Part shown: one piece after another, positions 26,003-38,200 of the stretch
How positions within the stretch are numbered: position 1 is the stretch's first letter
Layout: each line of letters begins with the position of its first letter
Source of the DNA: Octopus sinensis
Lineage: Eukaryota
Assembly: GCF_006345805.1 (NCBI RefSeq)
Contig: NC_042997.1
Coordinates: 169,136,001-169,200,000 of the forward strand
Length of the DNA: 64,000 nt
Reading direction: 5' to 3'
The notes under the pieces: generated by a model
Database searches by the model: none
What the model was told of the DNA's origin: nothing
Seen by the model: the letters and a program-made list of their open reading frames with translations, nothing else
Program-made: the position numbers and the translations under genes

Positions 26003-27769
26003 AATTCCGCAAATACAGAATACCTCGAATTTTATTTCTTAAAGTAGCACCGAAAGATAAATGTCGACGGTAGGCAGCCAACGATAATATATATTAGATA
26101 CACAAATATGATAATAATTATTATTATTATTCTAGATATGTAGAGCAATCGTTCGATTTTATAGAGCTTGTCCAGTTTCGTGTATTAACTTCAGGCAAAA
26201 TAAATATATAGTCAAAAGCTGCTCCTTGTGTTGCTGATGTGTACGTTTTTTTGTTTTTTTCTATTTTGTTATTTTTTACAGAAAACTGAAACCAAAATAA
26301 AACAGGCGAATGTGCGAGTGTTATTCTTGCCACGCTGTCAGTAACAAGCAGAACTTAATCTAGCCAACGTAGAAGCCACAATGTGGTTACACGAGCTGCT
26401 AGAGATGGTAGCCAAATTCTCTCAAAATCACACCGTATCGTCATAGAAAAGGACAAGTTGGATTATGGGACCCTGGGTTCCAAGTGCAGAGGAAAAAGTG
26501 AGAACAGTTACCGATGGAAAACCGTTTATCCAAAGACCGCTTGATAAGAGCTGTGACCTAGGGCTTAACAACGACGAGAATTAAACGAAGCCATAAAACA
26601 ACTTAAGAGCTAGTTCAAGGTAACAAGTGACAACAAAACAACTGGGAACTCGACATGGTCGCTCGACCTGCTAGAAATAACAGCCAATTATCCACTATAT
26701 CACACATCATAATTTTTTTATAAAAAAAAAAAAGGTAGGACACATTGGTTAATGCAGTCCTAGAATACCCTCAAAAGCAAAAAAGTGGGGATGGCCACGA
26801 ATGGAATACTTTTTTTGTCATTGGAGATCTAACTGGATTAGGAGAGAGTTGGCATGCAGATAAACACTCAAGTGAAGTACTTACGAAATTATCAAAGGTG
26901 CCCGTTACATGAGTCGAAATGCACATTTTTGGGCAACCTGTCATCTGAAACGACCAGGCAATAAATCACTGAACCTAGAATGAAACTTGTACACAGAAAC
27001 GAGCTACTGTTATAAATGTGTACAGCGTAAATCAATAGATAAATTAACGTGGTGTATGTGCGAATGGTGAGCTTAATTTAATTGACACACCAGCACATAT
27101 ACACAAACATTCGTAGACAATATGCGCGCACACACATATGCTCACAGCCAGTGCGAACACACCAAGTCTATACGCGCGCGCGGTTGGGTGATAGAAGTGC
27201 AACGTAAGAAAGTTTTATATATACATACGCACAATATATACACCCCCACATATATATATATATATATATACAGATACATATATACACACATACACATATA
27301 TATACACGCATATGCACACACATACATACTCTTCAATATTGGGTTCTATTTCTCCCGTTTGTACCACAAAGCTCCTCTCGCTCTCTTATAGACATACATG
27401 CAGACACAGTCAATATGCACACATACAATTTACACATACTTGCAGGCATGCACTCACATACATACACGCACGCATTATTTTATTGACCTTGAGTGGACAA
27501 TATAACAAAGTCAGTTCCAATTTAGGATTTAAACCGAGTACAAACTGATAAAGTACTGACCTAAATGGAGGAAAACATCCACTCCTTTATTCCAACATAG
27601 CAACGTCACTCCTCTTATCTAATACATTACATGCAAGTTATTGAGCTATGATATATCAGTAAATAGAATATAATAGATATTATAACAGATTTAGAAAAAA
27701 AGTATCAATTAGATCACAGATAATCAATCAGTTCAATAAGCAACAAGAAAATAAAAACAATATCTTATT

Positions 27770-28800
27770 ATTGGGTAGAAACGTTAGAGCATCAGTAAAA
27801 AAATGATTTGTTCTGATTCTTTACCTTCTGAATTCAAATCCTGCAGAAGTCAACTTTACTATTCATCCCTCCGGGGCCAATAAAATAAAGTACCAGTCAA
27901 GTAGTGGGGACTGATATCAACCCCCAACTCCACTTCAAAACAACTGGCCTTGTGCCAAAATCAGAAACTTATTACATTCCAAGTGCAGTTTCTGTCGGAG
28001 TCAACTTTGCCTTTCATCATTTTAGAGGTGATTAAATAAGTACCAGTTGTGTACTGGGGTTGATGTACTCAACTAGTACCCTCCCCTAAAATTTCAGGGT
28101 TTGTGCCTATTGTAGAAAGGATCGTTATTACTATTATTGAGGCAGCAAGATGGCAGAATTGTTAGAATACTGGACAAAATGCTTTGCAGTATTTTGCTCA
28201 GTTTTATGTTCCGAGTTCAGATGGTGCTTTTTACGTAGGCAGTGAGCTGGCAGAATCGTTAACATGCTGAGCAAAACGATTAGTAGCATTTCGTCTGTCC
28301 TTATGTTCTGAGTTCAAATTCTGCTGAGGTCGACTGTGCTTTTCATCTTTTCAGGGTCAATAAATCAAGTACCAGTGAAACACTGGGTCAATGTAATTGA
28401 CTTGTCCTCTCCCCACAAATTTCAAGCCTTGTGTCTATGGTAGAAAGGATTATAATTATTATTATTATCATCATCATAAGGGCAGCAAGTTGGCAGAACT
28501 GTTAGCATATCAGCCAAAAAAGCTTAGCAGCATTTCATGTCTTTACACTGAGTTCAAATTCCATGAAGTTCAACTTTGCCTTTTGTCTTTTCAGAGTTGA
28601 TGAAATAAGTACCAGTTGAATATTGGGATGGATGTAATCGATTGCCCCACCCCACCCCCAAAATTGCAGGCTTTGTGCTTATAGTAGAAAGGATTATTAT
28701 TATTGGTGGTGGAGGTGGTGGTGTCTGTGTTCAAATTCAGACATTTTAGCAAATTCCACTGCCTATGTCACTCCCAAATAAATTTCTGGCCTATGTGTCA
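27770..28800 (+). mobile_element. Head-to-tail cluster of at least 5 family B SINE copies
   Basis: Repeated GGCAG..GCTGGCAGAA / GAGTTCAAATT / AAGTACCAGT / GTAGAAAGGATT(ATT)n units in the same orientation. Confidence 0.75.
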
Positions 28801-31800
28801 AATTTCAAAATATTACCAGGTTGGTATTTTAAAGAAAATTTGTCTCAAATAGCTTTTCTGAAAAAAGTAAAGTAACTTTGACCTGCCAACAGAGAACCAA
28901 ATTCTTCCCCAGAGAACACATAGGATACCTTGATTCATGACATAATAGACAGCTCAAACAATTTCCCACTAATAGTCATTTCATTTCTTTTTTAAACCAT
29001 AGATGTGTACAGTTGAAAGACAAGCTAATTAAACAAAAGTGTGATCTGTGAATGCAATACCTGTTGAGAGCACATACAAGCATGTATCAGACATAACACA
29101 TCCAACAATGTTGCACTGAGCACTTGTATGTTTTGTACCATTGTCATCATCATGTGTCATATGCTTGCAGTGCACTGACAAAATGAATAGAAACCTTTAC
29201 ATACACACACCCATGCACATAAAATAACTATGCTTGTGCTTTGTCTTTCCCATTAAAGATTTTTATATTTCCTTATCAGTCCTTTGTGTTTTATATAGCA
29301 CAATAGTGTTGCAAAATCTATTTGACCATTAATGTTCCAAGACCTTCTCAGCTACAATGATTAGAACAAAATTATTATAAAGACATTTTGTTTGAACACT
29401 TTGCAGGTGATCATAAAGCAGAGTGAGGAAACCCACGCCCACAAGCGCATTTTATTTTGCTCACAGGCTGAGATACCAGTATGAACAAAATATAGTAAAT
29501 TTTTCAATTATAAAATTTATACAATATTCGTTTGCCTATTTGCAACATAGGTTGCATTTCCAGTATGACTTAAAATGGTTAGACTTGAACAGAAACTCGT
29601 CCAGTAATTGCCATTTGAATGAGACCCAACTACACTCTAGCTGAAAAATATAGAAACCTCATCATCATCATCATCGTTTAACGTCCGTTCTCCATGCTAG
29701 CATGGGTTGGACGGTTCGACCGGGGATCTGGAAAGCCAGAAGGCTGCACCAGGCTCCGGTCTTATCTGGCAATGTTTCTACAGCTGGATGCCCTTCATAA
29801 CGCCAACCACTCTGTGAGTGTAGTGGGTGCTTTTTACGTGCCACCTGCACTGGTGCCAGGCGAGGCTGGCATCCCAAGTAATATTAAGGTCCTAAATTCA
29901 GTGGCAGCATTAATGAAATTGATGTGTGTTAAATTTATCTTTATTAATGTATATTGAATTATACATAGATATACACAAGATTTACACAGATATAGAAGTT
30001 AGAACTTGTGATCTGCCCACAGAACTTTTTCTTTGAAAATTTTTGCCTGCCGCACTAAAAAGATGCCCCACCTGTCATAAAGGAACATGGGAATAAGTGT
30101 TATAACTGATAAAGTTGTCAACACCAGATTTAAAAGTTAGCCCACCAGCTAAATCCAGTATTGATGATTTTTTGCATTAAAACACTATTCAAGCAAGATC
30201 CTTTGCAATCAATAGCAAAGTATGCCAACCAAATGCCATTTATTACCATCACTCTATTCAAACAATGAAGATAAAAAAAGTCCTCAGAACTTAATGTACT
30301 AATGAACTTAGGAACACTATTACTCCAAACTAAACATAAAGGAATAAGGAAATTTTATCTTTTAACCTTTACTTGTTTTGCTCATTGGACTGGAGCCACT
30401 TGAAGGGTTTAGTCAAATCAATCCCAGTACTTATTTTAAAGCCTGGTACTTATTTCATCATTCTCTTCTGCTGAGCTGCTAAGTCATGGGGATGTAAACA
30501 AACCAACAACAGTTGTCAGATGGTAGTAGGGGAAAAAACACAAAGTCACCTGGACAAATATATACATATGATGGGCTTCTTTCAGCTTTTGTCAACCAAA
30601 TCCACTCACAAGGCTTTGGTTGGCCCAAGGCTACAGTTGAAGACACTTGCCTAATGTGGCACATAATGGAATTGAACCTGAGCCCATATGGTTGGGAAGC
30701 TTCTTACCACACAACCATGCCTGTACCTATTAAAATCCTTAATTTAAAAAAAACATTTAAATCATAGTTATGTCATTAATATAGTAATATAATATATTTC
30801 AGAGAAAAGCTGTTCCCTGTTAACACAAAGGTGTGTATATACATACTCACACACATATATGCAAACAGGTGTGAAGAAGACCCCATCCTACACAGCAGAA
30901 GTCTTAAGGCTGTTCCCCCTGGTGAGGAGGATTGGTCTGCAAGAGTCCTGTGCTGGTACCATGTAAAAAGCACCCAGCACACACTGTAAAGTGGTTAGCA
31001 TTAGGAAGGGCATCCAGCCACAGAAACTAAGCCAAATCTGACGAGAACCTAGTGCAGCTTGCCAGCTCCAGTCAAACTGTCCAATCCATGCCAGCATGGA
31101 AAACTAATGTTAGAGAATTATATACACACACACACACACACACAGGGGTATAGGTGAACACAACTTTAGAGTTATAAATTTTAACTTCCTCGTGGCAGAT
31201 ATCAATATAACACTACAAATGAAAAAGCATACACAAATGAGGTGGCTCAATACTGAGAGCAGAGTCAAAATTTACGATGTGGAATGAAGTTGTGAAATAT
31301 GATCTTCAGTTATTGAGTTTCACAGAGGAGATGAAAAATCACAGATTTATGGTGATTTGCTGTGCTGGAGAAGATACATCAAGCTAAGTGAAATTATGGT
31401 CATGGCCAGTGCTGGTGACATTTAAAAGGCACCCATGCCAGTGACACATAAGAGGCACCCCTGATGGTGACACACAAAAGGCACCCCTGTCGATGACACA
31501 AAAGGCCACCAGTAAACTCTGTAAATTGGTGAGCATTAGGAAGGGTATCCAGCTGTAGAAACCATCCCAAAACAGCTCCCCAGCTTACCAGCTCTGGTCA
31601 AACTGTCAAACCCATGCCAGCATGGAAAACAGATGTTAAATAATGATGATGCTCACTGGGACTTGAGGTTTAACTTAACAGCTTATTCAGCTACTTTAGA
31701 AAAGTTCACTTTCCAATGTTTATATAGGAAAACAACAAAAACACTTTATTAAGAGGCAGAGGTATTTAGATCGCATTTCGCAACTGTTTTCCTACATAAA

Positions 31801-32149
31801 ACCAGAAAGTAAGTCTTTCTTTATTGGTTGAGTAAGTCATAAGGTAGAACCTGAAATCCCAGTCAGCACAACATCATCATCATTATTGTTGTTATTACTA
31901 TTATCATCATCATTATTATTAAAGCAGCAAGCTGGCAGGACCATTAGCACACTGGACAAAATGCTTAGTGTCATCTTTATGTTCTGAGTCCAAATTCCAC
32001 TGAAGTTGACTTTGCATTTCCATCTTTTCAGGGTTGATAAATTAAGTACCAGTTGAGAACTAAGGTTGATGTAATCAACTGGGCCCCCTCCCACCAAATT
32101 CCAGGCCTTGTGCCTATAGCAGAAAGGATTATCATCATAATACACACAC

Positions 32150-32179
<30 letters not shown>

Positions 32180-32180
<1 letters not shown>

Positions 32181-32489
32181 CATGTGATCACGTGACCTAC
32201 CAGGCTATCAGATGTTGCTACACATCGCTGGTCACAATGCGCTTCACATTGTTTTAGCCTTCGAATGATGCCACCCTGCTGGCTAAGCAAGCAGACCAAC
32301 AGAAGAAAGAGTGAGAGAAAGTTGCGGCGAAAGAGTACAGCAGGGATCGCCACCATCCCCTACCGGAGCCTCATGGAGCTATAGGTGTTTTTGCTCAATA
32401 AACACTCACAACGCCTGGTCTGGGAATTGAAACCACAATCCTACGACCGCGAGTCCGCTGCCCTAACCACTGGGCCATTGCACCTCCAC

Positions 32490-32490
<1 letters not shown>
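32180..32490 (-). mobile_element. tRNA-derived SINE, family C
   Basis: Head GTGGAGGTGCAATGGCCCAGTGGTTAGGGCAGCGGACTCGCGG with A-box, and B-box GTTTCAATTCC. Confidence 0.75.
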
Positions 32491-32542
<52 letters not shown>

Positions 32543-33219
32543 CACACACACATAGTATATCCATATACAAAATGGCATAGTTAAAAAGATTACTTTGCAA
32601 TGGTTCAGGGTTTCATCCCATGGTTTGACAATGTGGACATATCATCTATTTATACACACCTTTAAGAAAAAATATGTTAGAAAACAGTCTCTCTTGTCTA
32701 AAAAGCTGGATAGTTATGACAGGAAGGCTTTCATAGTGGGACTGCTCAATCACAGTTCCAGACAACATGGAATCTTCATCAATGATTTTCAAACCTTCCC
32801 TAACCATTACTTCTTTGATTTGATTTGATGTGTTGTCCTTCACACTCTTATTTCAATAGAAAAATATACACTAAATAATCTTTTTATAAGAACCCATGTT
32901 ACCATCAACATGTTCACTTTAAAATAGCATGCCACTACTAACACACATGCATTCGAATCACTTAATGATACAAACAAAATCAGTCTTGCTCCCAGAGATA
33001 CAACTTAGGAAGGTTCAGGTTTCCTTATATACACTATTTCATTTACTTGGACAATGCAATATGTATAGATGAAGGCAGTGGCAAGGAGATCAACCAGACA
33101 TAGTAAAATAAAGGGTGAGAACAAAAATAAAAATTTTGAGGTATAAAGATGAGAACAGCAATTGTAATCAGACATAACAGAATAAAATGGTAAAATAGAT
33201 GATGTATAGTATAAATAAT

Positions 33220-33630
33220 CATTATCATCATCATCGTTTAACATCTGTTTTCCATGCTAGCATGGGTTGGACGGTTCGACTGGGAAGCCAGGAGGTTTCG
33301 CCAGGTTCCAGTCTGGTCTGGCAGTGTTTCTACAGCTGGATGCCCTCCCTAACACCAACCACTCTGTGAGTGTACTGGGTGCTTTTTACATGCCACCGGC
33401 ACAGGGGCCAGAGGAGGCTGGCAAACGGCCACAATTGGTTGGTGCTTTTTACGTGTCACCAACATGGATGCCAGTCAGGTGGCGCTGGCATCAGCCACGT
33501 TCGGGTGGTGCTTTTTATGTGCAACCGGCACGGGTATCTTAATTACAATTTCCATTTGATTTTTATTTTGATGTTGGTGTTGACATACTTGACTCAATAG
33601 GTCTCCTCAAGAACAGCAGGTCACTCTATT
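33220..33630 (-). mobile_element. RTE 3'UTR-derived element
   Basis: (CAT)n tail followed by the shared 3'UTR. Similar copies at ~3383-3528, 6050-6200, 9430-9610, 19610-19830, 29660-29880, 30890-31110, 31400-31655, 45076-45320, 47915-48120 and 54515-54860. Confidence 0.75.
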
Positions 33631-33785
33631 ACAAAGGCAAAAAGCTTATTATTGGACATCAACTAAACATTCTACGTCATCAAAAACATCCACAAGTATT
33701 TATCAGAAAGTGAAATTTCACAGAACTGCAACTAATTCCAGTTGTTCTCCTCTAAAATGCCCCATAATATGTATGCATGCTAATA

Positions 33786-33850
33786 TCACAGCAATTTAAT
33801 TCTTTTCTTGAAAAGTCTGCATTGCAAAGTTCCAACAACACCATTGAACT
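33786..33850 (-). CDS. Candidate terminal coding exon of the unidentified gene (FNGVVGTLQCRLFKKRIKLL* if phase 1)
   Basis: Strong acceptor tttctgtctctctag|. All three frames stop within ~33 codons, so the frame is uncertain. Confidence 0.3.
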
Positions 33851-33919
33851 CTAGAGAGACAGAAATTCCTTCCAATGATCTAAATGTGATCCAAATGAAG
33901 AATTACTGTTCATCATATA

Positions 33920-34270
33920 AAGGACTCATGGTGCATAAAAGCACTCACCATTGATAGATGAGTCATCTGCTATGGTTGCCAGAACTGCCAGATCATGTGC
34001 TTTCATTCTGCTATGGGGTTCCTCAGTAACAGATGTCCAACAGTAGCATGACAGCTGACTCTCCCAGCAATATCTGCGACACCAGTGCCAGAATAGACAC
34101 TGATATTCTATATATCACCGACAGGAGATTTGGCTGGTATACTGCTGCTGAACATCTATCACTGAGGAACTCATAGCAGGGTGAAATTACATGATCTGAC
34201 AGTTCCATAGCAGATAGTTTTCATCTTTCAATGATATAATGATAAGAGCTTTTATGCACCACAAGTCCTT
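33920..34270. mobile_element. Unclassified MITE-like element
   Basis: 23-bp inverted termini AAGGACTCATGGTGCATAAAAGC / GCTTTTATGCACCACAAGTCCTT (2 mismatches). Confidence 0.55.
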
Positions 34271-36308
34271 AAGAGAGATCCTCTCAAGGTAGATAATGCA
34301 ATAATTTGTGTTCTAACACAACCTCCACATTAAGTTGGAGATCAAAATGAAATACCGTTCTTTCCTTAATTTGTCACTTTCCTTTCTTACTTATTTTTGT
34401 CTTGGCTTGTTGAAGACAATTCCATCTTCTCTACTTCATTTTTTTGTGTCTCACTTCAAGACAAATTGTTCTTTCATAATCAGATTTATAGTCTCTATCC
34501 ATCATATTGCATTTGTGATTCGTTTGATCTAGCTTTTTCAAATGACCTTCCAATTTAGAAATTCGAGTAAGTTTCACCACTCAAAACCTTGTAGAATTGC
34601 AGGAAGAAGGGGTTTTTTTTTCAATCCAATGATAATTTTTAACCATTTCAAGCACAAACACATTGTAATTAACAGGGAAATAAACATATTTATATTTTTT
34701 CAAAATTAACAAATAGTTAAAACCTCGTTTAATTTTCAACATTTATATTATCCATAAAAAACAAAGAAATTTTAAGAAAACTGACCAGAGGTAAAAACAC
34801 ATAGACCAACAACAACAATTATCAGTTAAAAACATCTTGCAAAACATTTGTTTGATTTATACCTTTGGTGTTTAGAGAAATACTAGTGAAACTTTCAACA
34901 GAGAAATAATGCTTGACACCAACAATTATTACTAATTTAAACATCTATTATTCCCACTTAAAACTTTCAATTAACAAAACTTTTGTCCACAGAAAATAAA
35001 CATACATTACCATCATTGTATTCAATGTCTACATTTCTGTGTTTTGGATCGGATGAAATTTGCTGAGATGGACTTTATAAGACTAGATGTCCTCGTTGCC
35101 AACTCTCACCTATTTACATATGAGGTAATATTTCCTTATTTTTAGGAAAAATTGGAAGCAAAGGACACGACCTGTATGATGGTGACACATGCTTACAGCT
35201 ATTACACACTATCAAGGCAAGGAGACAGTTTCTTGCTTTAGTAAGTATATATTCTTCATCTTAGTATATATAAAAGTGAATGTATGTATGCATAACAGAG
35301 AAAATGAAGTGACAGAAAGAATACAAAGCTGTCCCTTTCACGGAAATTTAAATTTTACTGACTACCACAATTTGCCTTCAATTTCATAAAAAAAGTATAA
35401 ATTTTCAAAAGGAAGTGAATTATGTTAGAAAGAGATCCAAAATGAAAATTAATATTTGAAGGATAGTCTGTGGATCAATTCTTAGTTGATAATTTAATAT
35501 AATCTTTAATCCAATTCTTACCTTTAAAGATTTAAACTTCAAATTAGTCCAGGTTGCAAAAATTATATTCTGCAGTCAAGAAAAGTAGTGCAATCTGTAC
35601 TTGTAGCACAATATAGTAACCTAAGATGACCAACCTAGTACATATAGACAACATATTAGGAACACCAAAAAGCCATTACAAAATATTTGTAGTTGTGGTT
35701 GCTTTTTGCCTCCTATCATCTATCTAGACACACACTTATGTACTTACATAAATGTTTTAAAGGAAGAATACAAACATGTCTTTAAAGGGACACTGTATAT
35801 GTGAGAAATGTACAGATAGAACAAAATATTTGCATTATTTGTAAGAATATATTTTTTGCATAAACTGCACTTAAAATTAGATAATAAAAACTTCTCATAT
35901 AAAGCCAACCTATTCTCATTTAAGATTTTTGATTCGTAAAATTTAATTTTCATTTAAAGATAATACACATACTTCATAATAGAAACCATTTTCTATATTG
36001 ACATACATAAATGGGCAGTGAGTACTATTACAGAATACAATTGATTGTAACTGTTTTTCCCACCACCTAATTCTCTCTTTCCTTTCTTGCTCACTATAAA
36101 ACCAGTTCCCTTTCACAGTCAGTAGTCTTCATTATTAATATATTTAATTTTCTATAATCAGAAATAGACCTGCTTGAAAAGATGTGCCCAACAGCAAAAT
36201 TCCAGCTACAAGTTACATAGGTACAAAATTGTAGTCAGTTTACAATTTGGAGTATGCATTCATACAGTGACAATAAATATTTATATATATTCTCCCCACC
36301 AAACTAAC

Positions 36309-36349
36309 CTTATGAGGACAGCTGAACCCAGCTTAGGGTGATTGATTGT
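36309..36349 (-). CDS. Candidate exon of the unidentified gene (TINHPKLGSAVLI)
   Basis: Acceptor cctatcctttactag|, donor AAG|gttagt. 41 nt, single open frame, phase 0 to 2. Confidence 0.35.
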
Positions 36350-36687
36350 CTAGTAAAGGATAGGTTTACACATGTTGTATCTTGAATAAATTTCCAAAAA
36401 CAGTACTGAATAGGAAGATGTCCCTATTCCTTATACTTATGAAGCAGGAGTTACCTTCATTTAATGTTCAATTTTCTATGCTTGATTGGGTCATATAGAA
36501 TTTGGTGAGGCAGATTTTCAACAGTCAGATACCTTTCCTGTCACCAACCTTCATGTTTCCAAGTAAAGTAATATTGCCTCAAGGCCAGATATGTTTTTCA
36601 CGGAAGACACCACTTGTATGACAATGATGCTCATTTACAACCATCAAAGGCTCTCAAGGCAAGGGTATATATAAACACACACACAGC

Positions 36688-38200
36688 CTCTGTACTTGGC
36701 TTTTGTTGACTTGGAGAAAGCCTTTGACAGGGTCTCCCAATCCCTTATCTAGTGGTCAATGCGGAAACTAGGGATAAACAAGTGGTCAGTGAAAGCTGTA
36801 CAAGCCATGTAGAGGGATGCTACCAGTAAGGAGAGGGTTGCCAATGAGTACAGTGAAGAATTCAGAGTACAAGTAAAGGTTCACCAAGGATTGGTCGGCA
36901 GCCCCTCTTGTTCATCACAGTCCTCCAGGCAATAAAAGAGGAATTTAAGACAGGCTGCCACTGGAAGCTCCTCTATGCTGATAATCTTGTTCGTATAGCT
37001 GAATCACTATCAGAACTAGAGAAGTTTCAGGTATGAAAGCAAGGTCTAGAATCAAAGGGCCTTAGAGTTAACCTAGCAAAAGTCAAAGTCTTAGTAAGTA
37101 GGAAGGCAGGATCACAAATCCCTTCAGGTAGACGGCCCTGCTCGATCCGTAGAAAAGGTGTAGGTAGAAACTCCATAAAATGTACTCAGTGTAAGCTATG
37201 GACACATAAGAGATGCAGCAATATCAGAGGAAGGTTAACAGAGAAAATAGCTTTTGTGTGTGGAGGATGCACAGGTACAACAAACATCAAAAATGTACCG
37301 AAAATAGACTCCATCAACTGCCAGTGGGGTAAGCTAGAAGTAATAGATAGCTTCTGTTATCTAGGTGACCAAGTTATTAGTGGAGGTGGATGCTCCGGGA
37401 GTGTAGCTGTGAGAATAAGATTAGGCTGAGCAAAGTTCAGAGAGCTCCTACCGCTGCTGACAACAAAGGGCCTCTCTCTCAGAGTGAAAGGCAGATTGTA
37501 TGATGCCTGTGTGTAAACAGCTATGTTACACTGCAGTGAAACATGGGCTGTGACAGTTGAGAACATGCATAGGCTTGAAAGAAATGAAGCCAGTATGCTT
37601 CGCTGGATGTGCAATGTCAGTGTGCATGCTCGATAGTGTAAGCATCTTGAGAGAAAAATTGGGCACGAGGCATTAGACAACTGCACTGGTATGGTCATGT
37701 GATGCATATGGACAAGGACAGCTATGTAAAGAAGAGCCAATCTCTAAATGTGGAGGGAACCTGTGGTAGAAGTAGACCCAGCGAGACATGGGACAAGGTG
37801 GTGAAGCATAATCTTCAAACTCTGGGCCTCAGAGGCAATGACTAGTGACTGAGTACCTTTGAGCATTGGGCATCATGGAGGCTAAGTGGTTGATACCAGT
37901 GGCACGTGAAAAGCTTCTTTCAAGTGTTGGGCCTCACAGAGGCAATAACCGAGACCTTTGGTATTATGTTGTGTTTGAAAAGAAGACCCATCAAGCCAAG
38001 TAAAATCACAGTCATGGCAGATACTGGTGTCATACAAATGGCACCCATGTCAGTGGCACATAAAAGCACCCATTACACACTCAGAGTGGTTGGCATAAGG
38101 GCATCCAGCCATAGAAACCATGCCAAATCAGACTAGAGTCAGGTGCAGCCTCCCAGCTTGCCTGCCCTGGTTAAACCATCCAACCCAGGCGAGCATGGAC
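36688..38200 (+). mobile_element. 5'-truncated RTE-clade LINE (RT domain, PHD-like finger, 3'UTR)
   Basis: Translates to LYLAFVDLEKAFDRV, then LYADNL (YADD equivalent), GLESKGLRVNLAK and SFCYLGD, with stops and frameshifts. Followed by the shared GTGCC..GGCAC/TAAAAGCACC 3'UTR. Confidence 0.88.

Larger units (their letters stand above)
25030..26100. promoter_or_regulatory. CpG-rich promoter region of the Sec24A/B gene, possibly bidirectional
   Basis: Marked local excess of CG dinucleotides against a CpG-depleted background; ETS-like CGGAAA motifs; lies upstream of the minus-strand gene. Confidence 0.55.
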
